Assembly: GCF_011386835.1 (NCBI RefSeq)
Contig: NC_088795.1
Coordinates: forward strand, 66,526,001-66,590,000
Source of the DNA: Chrysemys picta bellii
Lineage: Eukaryota
Direction of reading: 5' to 3'
Length of the DNA: 64,000 bases
The notes beneath the pieces were generated by a model. That model did not search any database. It had not been told where the DNA came from and worked only from the letters and a program-made list of their open reading frames with translations. This document shows, piece after piece, positions 61,721 through 64,000 of this stretch; the first letter of the stretch is position 1, and the number at the start of each line of letters is the position of its first letter. Position numbers and translations under genes: made by a program.

Positions 61721-63366
61721 AGATTCATAGATTCTAGGACTGGAAGGGACCTTGAGAGGTCATTGAGTCAAGTCCCCTGCCCGCATGGCAGGACCAAATA
61801 CTGTCTAGACCATCCCTGATAGACATTTATCTAGCCTACTCTTAAATATCTTCAGAGATGGAGATTCCACAACCTCCCTAGGCAATTTATTCCAGTGTTT
61901 AACCATCCTGACAGTTAGGAACTTTTTCCTAATGTCCAACCTAGACCTCCCTTGCTGCAGTTTAAGCCCATTGCTTCTTGTTCTATCCTTCGAGGCTAAG
62001 GTGAACAAGTTTTCTCCCTCCTCCTTATGACACCCTTTTAGATACCTGAAAACTGCTATCATGTCCCCTCTCAGTCTTCTTTTTTCCAAACTAAACAAAC
62101 CCAATTCTGTCAGCCTTCCTTCATAGGTCATGTTCTCAAGACCTTTAATCATTCTTGTTGCTCTTCTCTGGACCCTCTCCAATTTCTCCACATCTTTCTT
62201 GAAATGTGGTGGCCAGAACTGGACACAATACTCCAGCTGAGGCCTAACCAGAGCAGAGTAGAGCGGAAGAATGACTTCTCGTGTCTTACTCACAACACAC
62301 CTGTTAATACATCCCAGAATCATGTTTGCTTTTTTTGCAACAGCATCACACTGTTGACTCATATTTAGTTTGTGGTCCACTATAACCCCTAGATCCCTTT
62401 CTACCGTACTCCTTCCTAGACAGTCTCTTCCCATTCTGTATGTGTGAAACTGATTTTTTCTTCCTAAGTGGAGCACTTTGCATTTGTCTTTGTTAAATTT
62501 CATCCTGTTTAACTCAGACCATTTCTCCAATTTGTCCAGATCATTTTGAATTATGACCCTGTCCTCCAAAGCAGTTGCAATCCCTCCCAGTTTGGTATCA
62601 TCCGCAAACTTAATAAGCGTACTTTCTATGCCAATATCTAAGTCGTTAATGAAGATACTGAACAGAGCCGGTCCCAAAACAGACCCCTGCGGAACCCCAC
62701 TTGTTATGCCTTTCCAGCAGGATTGGGAACCATTAACAACAACTCTCTGAGTACGGTTATCCAGCCAGTTATGCACCCACCTTATAGTAGCCCCATCTAA
62801 ATTGTATTTGCTTGTTATTGTATAAGAATATCATGCGAGACCATATCAAATGCCTTACTAAAGTCTAGGTATACCACATCCACAGCTTCTCCCTTATCCA
62901 CAAGACTCGTTATCCCATCAAAGAAAGCTATCCGATTGGTTTGACACGATTTGTTCTTTACAAACCCATGCTGGCTATTCCCTATCACCTTACCACCTTG
63001 CAAGTGTTTGCAGATGACTTCCTTAATTACTTGCTACATTATCTTCCTTGGCACAGAAGTTAAACTAACTGGTCTGTAGTTTCCTGGGTTGTTTTTATTT
63101 CCCTTTTTATAGATGGGCACTATATTTGCCCTTTTTCAGTCTTCTGGAATCTCTCCCGTCTCCCATGATTTTCCAAAGATAATAGCTAGAGACTCAGATA
63201 CCTCCTCTATTAGCTCCTTGAGTATTCTAGGATGCATTTCATCAGGCCCTGGTGACTTGCAGGCATCTAACTTTTCTAAGTGATTTTTAACTTGTTCTTT
63301 TTTTTATTTTATCTGCTAAACCTACCCCCTTCCCATTAGCATTCACTATGTTAGGCATTCCTTCAG
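61721..63366 (-). mobile_element. Young 5'-truncated CR1 LINE with a long open RT segment
   Basis: The 323-aa ORF 62776-61805 has [11 protein letters not shown] and KFADDTKL RT motifs; upstream ORF 63003-62815 has YLDFSKAFD; tail GAATCTATGAATCT on the minus strand. Confidence 0.97.
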
Positions 63367-63844
63367 ACTATGTTAGGCATTCCTTTGTTTCTGAATGTAA
63401 CTGAAGTGGCCTGTTCATGACATTTACATTGTACCCTTTAGCTACTTACATTATAGAATTTACCAAAAATCATGAATAATTCTGTTCAAACCAGGCTAAT
63501 ATAAGTATTTTATTTCAAAGCTATTGTTTTATAAATTCATAAATCTGTGTAGACATGTGAAGTGTTGACTTCAGAAAGTGGTGTCAGGAACTATTCTGGT
63601 GGTCAGGATAGGGAGACTGACACACTGCTCAAATTTCATAATGCCTGATCACTGAATGGAAAAACAGAACACTTTACATTCTGTAGAGTCCACTGAAATC
63701 TACTCATGGGCACAAGAACCAGACTGCAAATTAAGCAATACTACCATCAGGTTAACAGAGATTCCTTTCTCACAACCTTGCTATGTTTTCAAAACTGCTA
63801 AGTACATACTCCAGGATGGTTTGCAGGTTAATTAAGGTAATGAT

Positions 63845-63970
63845 AATAATACTTAGCACTTTGCAAACATTATCTAATTAACCATCATTAGCCCTGCAAG
63901 GTAGGTATTATCCTCATTTCAGATATACATAAATTGAACCAGAGGCAAAGTAAATTGTCTATTGCCACAA
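63845..63970 (-). mobile_element. Degenerate MIR-type SINE
   Basis: AATAATACTTAGCACTT...GGTAGGTATTATCCTCATTTCAGAT resembles the reverse-complement MIR. Confidence 0.55.
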
Positions 63971-64000
63971 ATAAAGTCAGTATTGATGTCCAGACAAGAA

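Noticed and set aside
61805-62776. 323-aa RT ORF as a host gene or an active LINE
   Set aside because: It is part of a 5'-truncated CR1 with no endonuclease or ORF1 and a frame break near 62800.
1-64000. rRNA, tRNA, snRNA or other structured RNA genes
   Set aside because: None recognisable; the hairpins seen are transposon-derived.

Overview
Vertebrate, repeat-rich, largely non-coding DNA. The repeat content (CR1 subfamilies, Penelope palindromes, hAT and Harbinger elements, TG..CA solo LTRs, MIR and LF-SINE relics) points to a turtle genome; this is recognition from memory, not a search. No host gene could be named. The centrepiece is a full-length but inactivated PIF/Harbinger transposon (25988-30746) inserted into an LTR. 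It carries the usual convergent Myb/SANT-like gene (+) and DDE transposase (-), and also what looks like a third, spliced minus-strand coding unit nested antisense in the Myb intron, plus an internal hairpin and direct repeats. Elsewhere there are several solo LTRs (three with exact TSDs), CR1 fragments of different ages, hAT and Harbinger MITEs, short Penelope-type insertions with TSDs, a triplicated LTR/flank junction, a 173-nt N gap and a few low-confidence orphan exon candidates. Most ORFs in the supplied track are chance or repeat-derived.
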